Notes under the pieces: model-generated
Told to the model about the DNA's origin: nothing
What the model saw: the letters and a program-made list of their open reading frames with translations, nothing else
Databases searched by the model: none
Program-made: the position numbers and the translations under genes
From: Octopus bimaculoides
Taxonomy: Eukaryota
Direction: 5' to 3'
DNA length: 61,950 nt
Assembly: GCF_001194135.2 (NCBI RefSeq)
Contig: NC_068981.1
Coordinates: forward strand, 39,482,842-39,544,791
Part shown: positions 11,571 to 24,040 of the stretch, in pieces
How positions within the stretch are numbered: position 1 is the stretch's first letter
How the letters are laid out: each line of letters begins with the position of its first letter

Positions 11571-11957
11571 TTGGAGATCGGGTCTAGTTGCTACACGGTA
11601 AAGTTGTTACAAGCCCATTGTTTCCAACTTCAAGAAATAGGTGGCACTCGATTCTCTACCTCGTGAAGGCCAACTCCATAGCATCATGACTGCACATGGG
11701 TATTGCAATGGCGAGCTGTCACCAGGAAAGGTATGGCTCAAAAAACGATTTTTTACTCCAAAAGTGAAATTTTGCCACAAAGTTATTTCCTTAACTACTA
11801 AAGCACAAGTGGTGTTACTGAAGTAGTTTGTGACTCATTAGGAAGTGTTGGAAGTTGCCTTCGATACATGAAGGTGTTTCCTGGATGCCATGCATTAAGG
11901 TTGGAAACAATGGGCTTGTAACGACTTACCCGTGTAACAACTAGACCCGGTCTCCCC
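11571..11957. mobile_element. MITE, 387 bp, about 58-bp TIRs, TA flanks
   Basis: TIRs 11571-11628 and 11900-11957 (consensus GGGGAGACCGGGTCTAGTTG...); TA at 11569-70 and 11958-59. Confidence 0.85.
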
Positions 11958-12678
11958 TATATATCATTTTGTCTATTCTATATTTTGTTATAACAGATTA
12001 ATTACTGAAAACTATTAACTATTAACCAAACGCTGTACAGTGTCTTAAAACGTTTTTAAACTTCTCATTTTGAATAAGAATGTATTTGAAAGGAAGCAAG
12101 ATTTCAACATTTTATTTATTTATTGTAGAATTAGTTCCGCTTGGATATGACTCAGAATTTTTCAATTTAACTCACAAAGTCTTTGCAAATAACTTTATGT
12201 TTCATAAACATGTCTATTGTCTCAGAGGGAACATTTCTCCTCTGAACACTCTAGCAATATGCCTATTTTAATGTATATTTTATATTTCGTAAGTTGGATA
12301 AAGCAATTCAATACGAGCTAACCTATATGCCCACATAGTCATGCATGAAACTTAAACAATGCACTGGCAATTAATCTTTGTTTTATTTCTTTGTGCTGTC
12401 GTTTCTTTCTTGGAGAAAGTCTTAAATAAAAATAACCAATTACTGTCAGATTCAAGTTGGAAATTCAAGGTTCCTAGGAATGATCATTGAAGCAGGGAAC
12501 AAATTTGTGCATTGTCACCATAAAAATAACCGAACAGCCATTACAAAATGGCTGATGCTTCTATGTTAATGTCATCCATAGCTTCATGGCCTGTGATCTC
12601 CTTTAGCAAGCAGAAACATTGCAGTCAAAACCCATAATGCAAATTCTTCATGCAGTTTATGGGGAAACTCATAAAATC

Positions 12679-12710
<32 letters not shown>

Positions 12711-13499
12711 NNNNNNNNNNNNNNNNNNNNNNNNNNNNNNNNNNNNNNNNNNNNNNNNNNNNNNNNNNNNNNNNNNNNNNNNNNNNNNNNNNNNNNNNNN
12801 NNNNNNNNNNNNNNNNNNNNNNNNNNNNNNNNNNNNNNNNNNNNNNNNNNNNNNNNNNNNNNNNNNNNNNNNNNNNNNNNNNNNNNNNNNNNNNNNNNNN
12901 NNNNNNNNNNNNNNNNNNNNNNNNNNNNNNNNNNNNNNNNNNNNNNNNNNNNNNNNNNNNNNNNNNNNNNNNNNNNNNNNNNNNNNNNNNNNNNNNNNNN
13001 NNNNNNNNNNNNNNNNNNNNNNNNNNNNNNNNNNNNNNNNNNNNNNNNNNNNNNNNNNNNNNNNNNNNNNNNNNNNNNNNNNNNNNNNNNNNNNNNNNNN
13101 NNNNNNNNNNNNNNNNNNNNNNNNNNNNNNNNNNNNNNNNNNNNNNNNNNNNNNNNNNNNNNNNNNNNNNNNNNNNNNNNNNNNNNNNNNNNNNNNNNNN
13201 NNNNNNNNNNNNNNNNNNNNNNNNNNNNNNNNNNNNNNNNNNNNNNNNNNNNNNNNNNNNNNNNNNNNNNNNNNNNNNNNNNNNNNNNNNNNNNNNNNNN
13301 NNNNNNNNNNNNNNNNNNNNNNNNNNNNNNNNNNNNNNNNNNNNNNNNNNNNNNNNNNNNNNNNNNNNNNNNNNAAAGTAAAAACGAATTTAAGTCTCAG
13401 GAAAGTATTGTATAAACATGCCAACCGGATTGATATCAGAGAGGAACAAGCTTACGTAACTATGAAATGAGAATTAGAATTCTCATCAATCTTGAGAAT

Positions 13500-13663
13500 T
13501 TAATTAAGATTTCATTCAACATATTCCCCTCTCAGATTCAGTCACTTATTGAAGCGGTTCTTTAGTTTTTCTAAGCCACTAAAAGAATTCGGAAGTTTGG
13601 GCCTTCAAACAGGGCTTTCGCGACACCCTTAAAGCCAGGAACTATTCAGCACCACTTCGTATG
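13500..13663 (-). mobile_element. Internally deleted mariner derivative (one TIR plus transposase C-terminus)
   Basis: Minus strand reads ta-cgaagtggtgctgaatagttcctggctt (mariner-type TIR), then about 70 nt later LEKLKNRFNK*LNLRGEYVE*. Partner TIR not found. Confidence 0.55.
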
Positions 13664-13893
13664 TATCTGTCAGGCATGCAGTGACCGACAACAGAATATT
13701 ACAGTCAAGTCTATTGCGTCTTTGACAATATATGTCTAGCTTGAGAATAAAAGTGTAAGGGGGATGTGGCTGTTTGCGTGGTGATTGCGTTTTATTGGTT
13801 AATTTTCAATCATCATCAACCAACGAGCGATAGTTTGGCATGGAGCTGTCTTGCGTCCTTGTTCTGTTTGACGTGTCGAAGTGGAAGAGGAAG

Positions 13894-14812
13894 CTAATGG
13901 GCGTACGCCTCTCTGAGTGTGTGTGTATGTGTGTGTGTGCGTGCGTGCGTGTGCGTGCTTGTTCTTGTGTGTGTGTGGGGGGGTATGTATGTGCGTGCTT
14001 GTTCTTGAGTGTGTGAGTGTATGAGCGTGTGTGTGTGTGCGCGAACTTGTTCTTGTGCGCGTGAGTGTGCATGTGTGCGAGTATGTTCTATTTTTAAGTA
14101 ATATGTGTGGATGAAGCCATTGGGTGTACGTGTGCGTAGGTGTGTATATGTGTGTGTGCAAGCGTGTTCTGTTTTTATGCATTTATGTGAGTGGAATGTA
14201 GATATAGCAAAAACAATGTCGTATTTTAAACTTGAAAAAATCCTTGGATATTTGTTCTTCCCTGCTTTATTTGTGTAGGTAAAATCCGTAAATTTCCAAG
14301 AAGAAAACGAGATCAACGTCGAAAAAGCCGTATTATTTATGATAGGCCATGTGGGTTTTTTCTTAACTACAAAAGAGCCGAAATATGGCAACATGCATCA
14401 AAGAGCCTAAATATTGCAGCATGCATTAGAGAGCCGAAATATTGCAACATGCGTCTCAAAAGCCGAAATATTGCAACATGCATGGAGAAAAAGAAGCAAT
14501 GTAAATTAACACTTACTATTGATTAAAGGAAATGAAAAAGAAAGAAATATAAATGATATTGATTTCTATTAATTTTAAAGCTAAATTAAACAAGATCTTT
14601 AGGGCTATACAAGAACACGCTCACACGCACACACACACTCACACACACATAAGAACAAGCACGTACACACAGATACACACACACGCACACACAAGAACAA
14701 GCACGCGCGCACACACTCACACAGACATAAGAACTAGCACGCACACACAGATACACACACGCACACAAAGAACAAGCACGCCCACGCACACTCACACAGA
14801 CATAAGATCAAG

Positions 14813-14861
<49 letters not shown>

Positions 14862-14876
14862 ACATACACCCATTAG
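13894..14876. repeat. Fold-back structure with microsatellite-derived arms (about 13894-14170 and 14610-14876)
   Basis: Left arm repeats gcgtgcttgttctt in TG-rich DNA; right arm repeats aagaacaagcacg in CA-rich DNA. Outer ends ctaatgggcgta and tacacccattag are reverse complements with one mismatch. Confidence 0.7.
14372..14485. repeat. Minisatellite, 4 x 28-30 bp
   Basis: Unit about aaagagccgaaatattgcaacatgcat, head to tail with no spacers. Confidence 0.9.
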
Positions 14877-15816
14877 GTGTTACACCATTAGGAGAAATAT
14901 GGTACATATATAAAACATTACAAGCGTTGCCTTAAAATGTACGAAAGTGGAATTGGAAAATGCACACGATCAAAAGGGTTATAGAATGTCTTAACAAACC
15001 TTAAAAAGTATGGGACTAACATTGTTGCTCAAACATATTGGAATCACTATATGTTGTACATTCTGTGGCATCCTTTTATCACAAGAAATTGGTTTAGTTC
15101 ATCGAAATTAAGTTATATTAAAAATTAATTAGGTTAAATTATCGTATACTCAGTTTTAGCAAAACAATTGTGTACAAATACTGTCATTTTTACGCAATAA
15201 TTCAATCTATGAATGATAACTTTTATAAATTTACAAGTAATCAATCAAAAATGATTTAGTAATAATTTGTTTAATTCGCATAACTATTCCATTAATATGT
15301 ATATAATAATGCGAATTATATTTGCCTATAATTATTTCAGTCTCGTACTTTCGCTGTTATATAGATTCGAATTCATCATAAATCCATTTTTTTTGTTTTT
15401 TTGTTATCGGTGAAATTTACATGCAGTGTGAAATGTGTTTTTTGTATACTTTCGTAGGAAGAGTATTATAATGAATTTACTTATTCGAAGTTGAATATTA
15501 TATTTTGTACATTTTCAAATTTTTATTAAACTCGGTTTAATAATTATCGTGATATCGTAATTCACATACGAGTCTCTTTTCATTTTAAGATGTCACAGAA
15601 TGTACAACATATAGTGATTCCAATATTTTTGAGCATCAATGCTAGTCCCTACTTTTTAACGTTTATTATGATATTCTGTAACCTGTTTGAGCGTGCGCAT
15701 TTTTCAATTCTAGTGTGTGTATATATATATATATATCTGTTTGATACTATTTGATGTTAAATGATATATATATATTTGTATATCTTATTTAATTTGGCCC
15801 CTTTAAAGTTTCGTAG

Positions 15817-15883
15817 GCTAGTCGCATGAACTTAGCACCTCGGACTCAGGCAGCCAGTTGGAAATATGTAGGAGTCCAAGATG
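15817..15883 (+). CDS. Candidate exon of an unidentified plus-strand gene
   Basis: tttcgtag|...|gtgaat; 67 nt, phase 0 to 1; ASRMNLAPRTQAASWKYVGVQD. Confidence 0.25.
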
Positions 15884-16577
15884 GTGAATGGAAACCGGGA
15901 TGCTGTTGGCCAAGGCGAATCACATGTCACTGTTAAAAATAGTATTCACATTTCAGCGACATCAAATGCATCAAAATGTCGATCTCAGTCTGAATATCAG
16001 GAAGTTGGTGGTATCTCGCTGGTCTGTATAGAATTTTACAGAACTTGAGTGATATCGATGGTCGGCAAGGATTTGTATGTGAGTGTGTTTTTGCGTATGC
16101 CTGTTGTTTGAATGCGTGGATTTGCAATTCTGTTGCGTTAGCGTGTTTATCTGCTATGTATGTGTGGCGGGAGGAGGTGCGTGCAACCAGGCGTGTGATT
16201 GTGGGCTGGTAGCATCAACTCAGAGGAGTGTGTGCACATGTTTCCTAGAGTGTATTTCTGTATGGGTGCGTATCAGCTATGTATGTCTTCTTGTGTGCGT
16301 GTATAACTCAGTATGTGTATCAGCTATTCATATCAGCTGCGTGTCTATCAGTTGTGTATGGATGGGTGGGTGGTGGGGTGGGTGGGGGTAATATGTATGT
16401 GTTAGTGTTTGCCGTCTGCACGTGTGTATTTGTACATGTCTTGATGCACGTATGGGTGTTTATGCATATGAAAGTTTGATGTATGTGAAAATGCACATTT
16501 ATGTATTTATATGTGCATGTATGGGTGTGTGTGTCTTTATCTGCATGAAGGGATATGCGTCTGCTTACATCTAGTGA

Positions 16578-16578
<1 letters not shown>

Positions 16579-16650
<72 letters not shown>
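16579..16650. repeat. (TG)n microsatellite
   Basis: Directly visible. Confidence 0.95.
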
Positions 16651-16658
<8 letters not shown>

Positions 16659-17031
16659 TGCTACCAACTTCTTGTGTAGCTGTGCGGTCCAAGAAATTCA
16701 GATTGGGATTCATATTTAGATGCGTTTGATGTTGCTGAAATTTCAAGTCCAGACACACACACAAACATGCAGTTAGAGTCATTTTACGCTATACTTGGAA
16801 AAAAAGAACTGAGTGCAAGGGCAGATATTTTCTGCGTGACTGTAAAAGCGTAGGAAGATGTCAGCCATTGATAATGTCACGATCCAAAATAACAGTCGTA
16901 AACATTTTTATATTCACTAAGCAACATTTCTAATAAAATACCAGTATAATTCTGTGGTTAAGGTGTTCACTTCGCAACTCTTTGGATCCGGGTGGGATGC
17001 AGCTGTATGACACCTTGGTAAATGTCTTCTA

Positions 17032-18217
17032 CCAGGTTGAGTCAAATGTTTCTTTGTATTTCAAGCTTTATTTATTAATTCAAATTATATATGAAAAGCG
17101 TTTATTCAACAAAATATATCGTATCATATTCAATTGTCAATTGCCATCGTTGTACCGGGAGCTCAATTCCACGTTTAAACATTTGGCTGGTTTATTCTTG
17201 CACCCGTATTTAACCTCATCCACATAGTTGAGCATCCATCCGTGGGGGAAATGAGCCATGGCACAGAAGAGGTGGTAATTTGGTGGTGCAAAGTCTGGAC
17301 TGTAGGCAAGAAGAGGGAGCAATTTTTGTCCCACAAGTTCCTCAAATTTGTGCTTTATCATATTGGCAGTGTATACTGGGGCATTGTCATGTGCGTCTTT
17401 GATTGACCAGTGCCGGGTAGCGGGCTTTCGAAGATCCTACACATGCTACGGTTGTTCAGTATACATGTTAGCGCTCACAACATGACCATCTGAGACCAGC
17501 GCAAAGTGTAACACCCCTTCAAAATTTCACCACAGACAAAATACGACCTTCCGTTCAAACAGCCCTTGTTTGTCAATAAATTCTGAAATTACGAAATTAC
17601 GAAATTACGAAAATAGATCTATTTTCTCCACAATTGCATTTCGGTGCCAAAAATGAGATATTTCGAGGATTTACCACCAGTTGTTTATAAACGTTCACAT
17701 AATGTTGTGCCCAGTCATTGGTAATTTCGTATGGAGCTTCTGGACAGCGTCTTTTCCCAAGGCCGTACTTATAGTGTCGTTGATTGATGGGCCATTGTGA
17801 AGAGCTAAGTTCTGCCGACAATGTACGAGGGTTTGTGCTTGCTTGTTGATCAACCATTTCAAACAAGCTACTCTCCTTGACCTTGGTTTATTTCCGAGGC
17901 TGGTATAACCTTCCATGAAACGTCTGGACCAGTTTTGCGCCACATCATTAATTTCTTTTACCGCTGCCCTTGCACTCAGCTCCTTTATTCCAAATGTAGC
18001 ATAAAATGGCTCTAACTGCAATGTTTTCACTCCTCGTTATTAAAGCTGTAGAGTAATGAACACACAAATGATATTTAGATGCTATTTACGAAATGAAAAA
18101 TAAACAATTCACTAACGATTTGACAACAAAATGTATGAAAGTAATGATATAACATGGAGATACAAGTTACTAAATATTACCAGTGATAATCTGAAATAAC
18201 TTTTTGATTCAACCTGG
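17032..18217 (-). mobile_element. Decayed full-length mariner (DD34D-type) transposon
   Basis: TIRs ccaggttgagtcaaa (17032) and tttgattcaacctgg (to 18217), TA on both sides. ORF fragments 17695-18030 (HTH, NWSRRF..LGNKPRSRR), 17597-17866 and 17137-17361 (AYSPDFAPPNYHLF; third Asp appears as Asn). Confidence 0.88.
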
Positions 18218-20109
18218 TACTATAACCTCGATTTAACTAAAATCTTGCCAATGGAATGTAGTAGAGGAAAATTGTGTGGAAACTAGTTATTGTCAAATTG
18301 AACTTTACATTTTAAGTCGTAGGCTCAATTGTGCTCATACGAAAAACTGAGGTAAATATTACTTAAAAATACTAACTGGCACTAACTAGTTCTACTGAAC
18401 GAAACTACCATTCACTATGATTGATTCACTAAAATTAATAAATTTCAGATCTAAAATGTAAATTATTGTGTCAGAAACTAACTAAACTATATTTCTTCTA
18501 TACCATTACTGATGCATAACGTTTATTGTACGAAATTGAAGTTAGAGAAGTTCTGAAACTGTTGTTGTTAATGCTTTGATATTATTATCAATATAGAATT
18601 ATTTTTAGTTATTTTTTCTCTAAATTATCTAACAGATCTACAATAGCTGTCTTTCACTCTTTTATGATAATTCAGATTTCTTCAACTTTGTGCTTCTTTA
18701 TATAATAAAATAACTGTTTAAATACAAAATTGTGAAAATTTCCATGTTAATATTAAATCTGAGTAAGGAATTAAAACTGGGTGAGGAATCCTATTTCAGC
18801 ACAGAAAGATTTTAATTGTAGATATTAATTTACTTTAGGATGGGGGTTTGTAACTCCCATGTAGTAGAATGCATCAGTTTACTTCAACTATTGAATAATT
18901 GGGTGGTTGTATGATGTGTAAATACTGTTGCAATTTCTTGTTGATGAGTGGGAGATACCGAAAGTGTTTGTGAGAAAACATTGCTAAATACAACAATATT
19001 GTGGATGAATATATAACGGAAAAATTACCAGTAACTGGAGCATACTATAAAGATTAAGAGAATGTATCAAATTCGTTATATTTTTGAAACTTAATATAGC
19101 GTTAGGGAATAGACTCTTTGAGAAAAGTGATATGATTGAGGAAAAGGCTAACCTTAAAAATATAAAACTATTAAAAGGATTTTTCTCTGCTACAGAGAGC
19201 AAAAGAAAGTGTTAATAGGATTATGGATGTAAGAGTTCAACAGGCAGAAGTATCTGGTTCTTTATTGCCAAAACTTTTGAATCTGCAAAGGAAAATGGTT
19301 GACTACCAGTTGCGATATAAGAAAAACAAATCGATTTTAACATGGATTATCTGGGAAGACAGTTGAGTCATTTATTGCGAAAGAGAAAGGACAATCGTTT
19401 CGTGTGTACACAATGTTCCTTTTGTGATTAAATGCATCACAGGGGTTCTGCTAATACTATAAATTCACTGATGTAGAATAAGAAGATAATGTATTATGTT
19501 CTGCTACCTGAATAATACATTATTCAGTCAAGTATCCACAAATTGTGGACATTTCATCTGACAGAGTGATATTCAAGCAGATACTTTAGCTGTTGAAGTT
19601 AATCTGAGAATGACTTGAAAAGAACACCAATGAGAATTGTTGGGGAAAGCAGAAGAAATATTTACGCCGGAGCTGTTGCAGAAGTAGAGAGAGGTAAACA
19701 ATATAAACTTAATTCTCTTTTCACCTTCGGATTATCGTTATCATGAAGGTGTAAATTTTCCCGTTTTGTAGATTTACTGAAGAATTGGGGAATAGCAATT
19801 AATATAGGATAATCAAATGCATTATATGCATTCTATAGAATGCGTGGGGAATCCAAACCATATGCAAGTTTATGCCTTTTTATCGTTCAGAAATACCTAA
19901 CAGCCTCGTTTCAGATTAAATAGTGTTAGTTTTGTATATCTGAGTTTGTCAATACGAAGGGAATATAAAGGCAGTGAGTTGTCAAAAATAGCAGTATCGG
20001 TCAGCATTCTTTACGGTATTTCATCACTATATTTTCAATTGAAATCCTACTTCGTATTTTTCTTTATCTGGGTTAATAAAAGCAGCCCCAGTAATATAAT
20101 GAGCCATTT

Positions 20110-20590
20110 CCATTTATTCGATACCTTACGAAGTTAGCTTCTGTATAAAATACAGAGATGCACTCGAACTTTTGTGGCACTTTCCAAAGATTTATTTAAA
20201 AAATAAATAGGAAGCAATCTAAAGACTAATATCATCTTTCCGAGGAAATCTAGCTTTGAGCAGAGTAAAAATAAATCAATATTAATTGAGCATATAAAGA
20301 GACGAGAAAACGTACCGTTTAGAAGTAAATATTTATTTGGTTGGCACTTAGTAAACGATTAAATCTTTTGTGCGCTATAGTAGACGATTAAATCGATACC
20401 AGTATTTTATGGGTACTTATTTATTCGATGCCATACGAAGGCAAATATATTCTGGCAGGATTTGAATTCACCGCAGTTAAAAGCTGTATTAGATACAGAA
20501 ATGCATCCAAACTGCTTTGTCTCCAAAGATTTATTTTAAAAATAAACAAGAAGCAATCTAAAACCTACCATGATATCTCATTTGAGGAAA
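20110..20590. repeat. Diverged local direct duplication (about 20110-20250 and 20418-20590) overlapping a degenerate SINE
   Basis: Shared atttattcgat(a/g)cc(t/a)tacgaag, atacaga(g/a)atgca and tccaaagatttattt...gaagcaatctaaa. Confidence 0.6.
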
Positions 20591-21614
20591 CAACATTAAA
20601 TATTCAAATATCAGAATATATATAAATGAATTTATTCAGCAGTGTATGTAAAAATCATATGATTTATCATACGATCCTTCAATTAGAAAAGCATGGCAAA
20701 AATATTTCACTTCCTCGTAGTATTATTTGACGCATAATAAAATATTCATTATTTAGATATTTAGGATCCGTGCTAACATTATTGAATCGGCTCCAAAAAT
20801 ACGAAAGTATATGAGACATAAAATCCAATTTAAGTAAAATTATATCTAATATTATTTCATAGAGTGTTGGCAAAGAACAAACGATTGGCAGAATTGCTAG
20901 AGCTTCGGCTAAAATGCATTGCAGCAATTTAGTTACTATCCTTTATGTTCTGAGTTCAGATCAGGCCAATCTGAACGTTATCTTTTTTTTCCTTCTAGGT
21001 AGAGTAAAATGAAGTACTAGTCAAGTACTCTATTCGACTTAAGTCGATTATAATTTTCCTTAAAATGAGGCTTTGGGCTTATATAAGAAATCGATTCACT
21101 TGTTATTCTTCCATTTATTTGAGAAGATTTATAGAACACTTCGAAATAATGTTCAGAAATCTGTCTTTCGATGAAAATAATTATTTCCTCACTGAAGGGA
21201 AAATTTATTACTCTTTCAGAAATTCACTTTTCAATTCATTCTCANNNNNNNNNNNNNNNNNNNNNNNNNNNNNNNNNNNNNNNNNNNNNNNNNNNNNNNN
21301 NNNNNNNNNNNNNNNNNNNNNNNNNNNNNNNNNNNNNNNNNNNNNNNNNNNNNNNNNNNNNNNNNNNNNNNNNNNNNNNNNNNNNNNNNNNNNNNNNNNN
21401 NNNNNNNNNNNNNNNNNNNNNNNNNNNNNNNNNNNNNNNNNNNNNNNNNNNNNNNNNNNNNNNNNNNNNNNNNNNNNNNNNNNNNNNNNNNNNNNNNNNN
21501 NNNNNNNNNNNNNNNNNNNNNNNNNNNNNNNNNNNNNNNNNNNNNNNNNNNNNNNNNNNNNNNNNNNNNNNNNNNNNNNNNNNNNNNNNNNNNNNNNNNN
21601 NNNNNNNNNNNNNN

Positions 21615-21720
<106 letters not shown>

Positions 21721-21873
21721 ACTGCTCTTCAATACTATAAAGCCAGAGCACTGTCTGTTTTTTTCTGGCAAACTATACTACACAGATTCATGTAACTCAC
21801 CTGTAGATAGGAAATGGAATAGAAGAAAGTATTGTAATATCCAAATTTGTTGAAATCCAAACATTCAAAAAAG

Positions 21874-23030
21874 CACACAGTGACAGAAACTCCCTGTTCA
21901 CAAATATAATGCCAGGTTGAATAATGTTGCAAAAATGATACAAAACGGAAATTATGATATATTTCAATGATATTCTCATACAATACATCAGCAATAGTGT
22001 GTTTGACCACCACCTTCCTGAATTACTTGAAAGACACGCGACTTCATGCTCCCAATCAACTACTGCAGCAGATCAGTGGAAGCCCTTCCCAGGTTTTCTT
22101 TATTGTCGTTTCACGTTCATCAACAGATGAATACTGCTTGCCTTTGCTGTACACAATATTCATGAGATATTCCCAGACATTCTCTATACGATAAAGGTTG
22201 GAAGTTTTTGCTGGCCATAGCATGGATTCAATTCCAATTGAATGGAGGTAATCCAAAGTTGCTTTGATTTATGAATAGGAGCATTGTCCTGTTGAAATAT
22301 AAAGTTCTCGCCATGGAGCCTTCTTCCTCTCTCGTCAATGTGTGATCTGTCCAACATATTGATGTAGCGTGCAGCATTGAAATGACCATCCATGATGACA
22401 TGTGGCAGCTTCCCATTGGCAGATATTGCTTCTCACACCATAAGATTTCCTCCGTTGTTCTACCACTTGGAATAAGTAGAATTTTGTATACGTTTATCTG
22501 CCCAATAATACTTATAACTGCTGAGAGCTATCCAAATTCCATTTTTCCTCCTCAGAGAATAGAACCCTGAGCTATTTACCACCCCACGTCTGATGCTGCC
22601 AAGTTTACTCCAATCTAACAGCTTTGTGGGAAGGAGACAATAACGGACGCCCTAGCTGCTTCTTCAGGTGGAAACCATGGTTCAAAATCACTCTTCTTAC
22701 AGTGGATGTTGAGGCTCCTACAACCGCTGATGCCTTAATCTTGGAAACAGAACAGCATCGTGACTTCTTCACAGTGGCCCGCTGGTGTAGCCTTGGGACG
22801 TCCACCAGCAAGAACCCTGTTGTAGCTGTCAGGATCTTTCAGAAAATTGTCTACTGGCATTCTGCTTCGCCGAATCTTCTCTACAATCTTCCCGTTACTC
22901 ATTCCTTCTGCTTTCAGTACAAGAATTTTCTCTTGCTCAATTTCAGAAAGCCCTGTAGCTTTAGGCATACTCGAAATGTAATCTGGATCACGGAGATTAC
23001 GATTGAGTCCAATATTTTCCAAAACAATCT
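21874..23030 (-). mobile_element. Decayed Tc1-family (Tc3-like) DD34E transposon
   Basis: MPKATGLSEIEQEKILVLKAEG..GGRPK, LFSEEEKWNLD, FQQDNAPIH / WPAKTSNLYRIENVW, EGGGQTHYC*. Spacing is 34 after repairing one frameshift. Only one plausible TIR (about 21874-21894). Confidence 0.88.
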
Positions 23031-23273
23031 GGAAAGAAATGAAAGTGTATTAGGGGCTTTATAATTTTGAAGTGTTGATATGCTAGGGAAAATTGGAAAA
23101 TCAGGTGTTGTAATGTGATAATAAAAATACAAGATTTACATTTCAAAGAATTCATGAAATACCCATTTACAATATAGTATGTCCCTTAGTCCATCTAAAT
23201 ACAGAGCTAAATTTCTAAATAACTTTAAAAACATGTGGATCTACATTTTGAATACTAGTTTGTGTGTATATGT

Positions 23274-23276
<3 letters not shown>

Positions 23277-23351
<75 letters not shown>

Positions 23352-23410
23352 GCACACATACACACGCACACATACATACACACATACACACACACACACG
23401 CACACATATA
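23277..23410. repeat. (CA)n microsatellite, interrupted
   Basis: Directly visible. Confidence 0.95.
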
Positions 23411-23864
23411 AGTATGTGGTGTGTAAAAGCACTCGTAATTATATCATCGACAGATGAGAAGTGTCTGCCACCAGAACTATCAGATCGCGTGATTTCACCC
23501 TGCTATGTGTTCCTTGGTGACAGATGTCCAGCAGTGGCATAACAGTCGAATCTCTTGTCAACGATATATAGAATATCAGCGGCTATTCAAGTAGACGTCT
23601 CGCAAATATGCACCAGGAGTTCCTATGAGAGATCCTCTCCAAGTAAATAACGCACAATTCTGGGTTCTAACACAAACTCCATGTTTAGTTGGATATCAAG
23701 ATTACCTTTTGGTATTAATACTGCTTTTGTAGCCATTAATTATTTACAAACATACATACATACCTGCATAAATAGATACATACATGCATACATACATGCA
23801 TGCATGCATGCATGCATGTATGTATGTATGTATGTATGTATGTTTTTTTTTGCTTACGTTGTAT

Positions 23865-24040
23865 TTGACAATCGGTATTGGTCTGGTTACGTTCCCGTAA
23901 ATTAGCGGTTCGACAAAAGAAACGAATGAGTACCAGACTTTAAAAGCATAAGTACTAGGGTTGAATTGTTCTGCTAAACCGTCCATGACGGTGCCCTAGC
24001 ATGGCTGCAATCGAATGACTGAAGCAAGTAAAAGAAAAAG
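23865..24040 (+). mobile_element. SINE family A, 3' half, preceded by (ATGC)/(ATGT)n
   Basis: Matches 9390-9560. Confidence 0.8.

Noticed and set aside
14372-14485. 28-30 bp repeats as a CRISPR array
   Set aside because: No unique spacers, no cas genes, eukaryotic context; it is a minisatellite.
21745-23200. TIR pair for the Tc3-like element
   Set aside because: No convincing partner for 21874-21894 at the 5' side.
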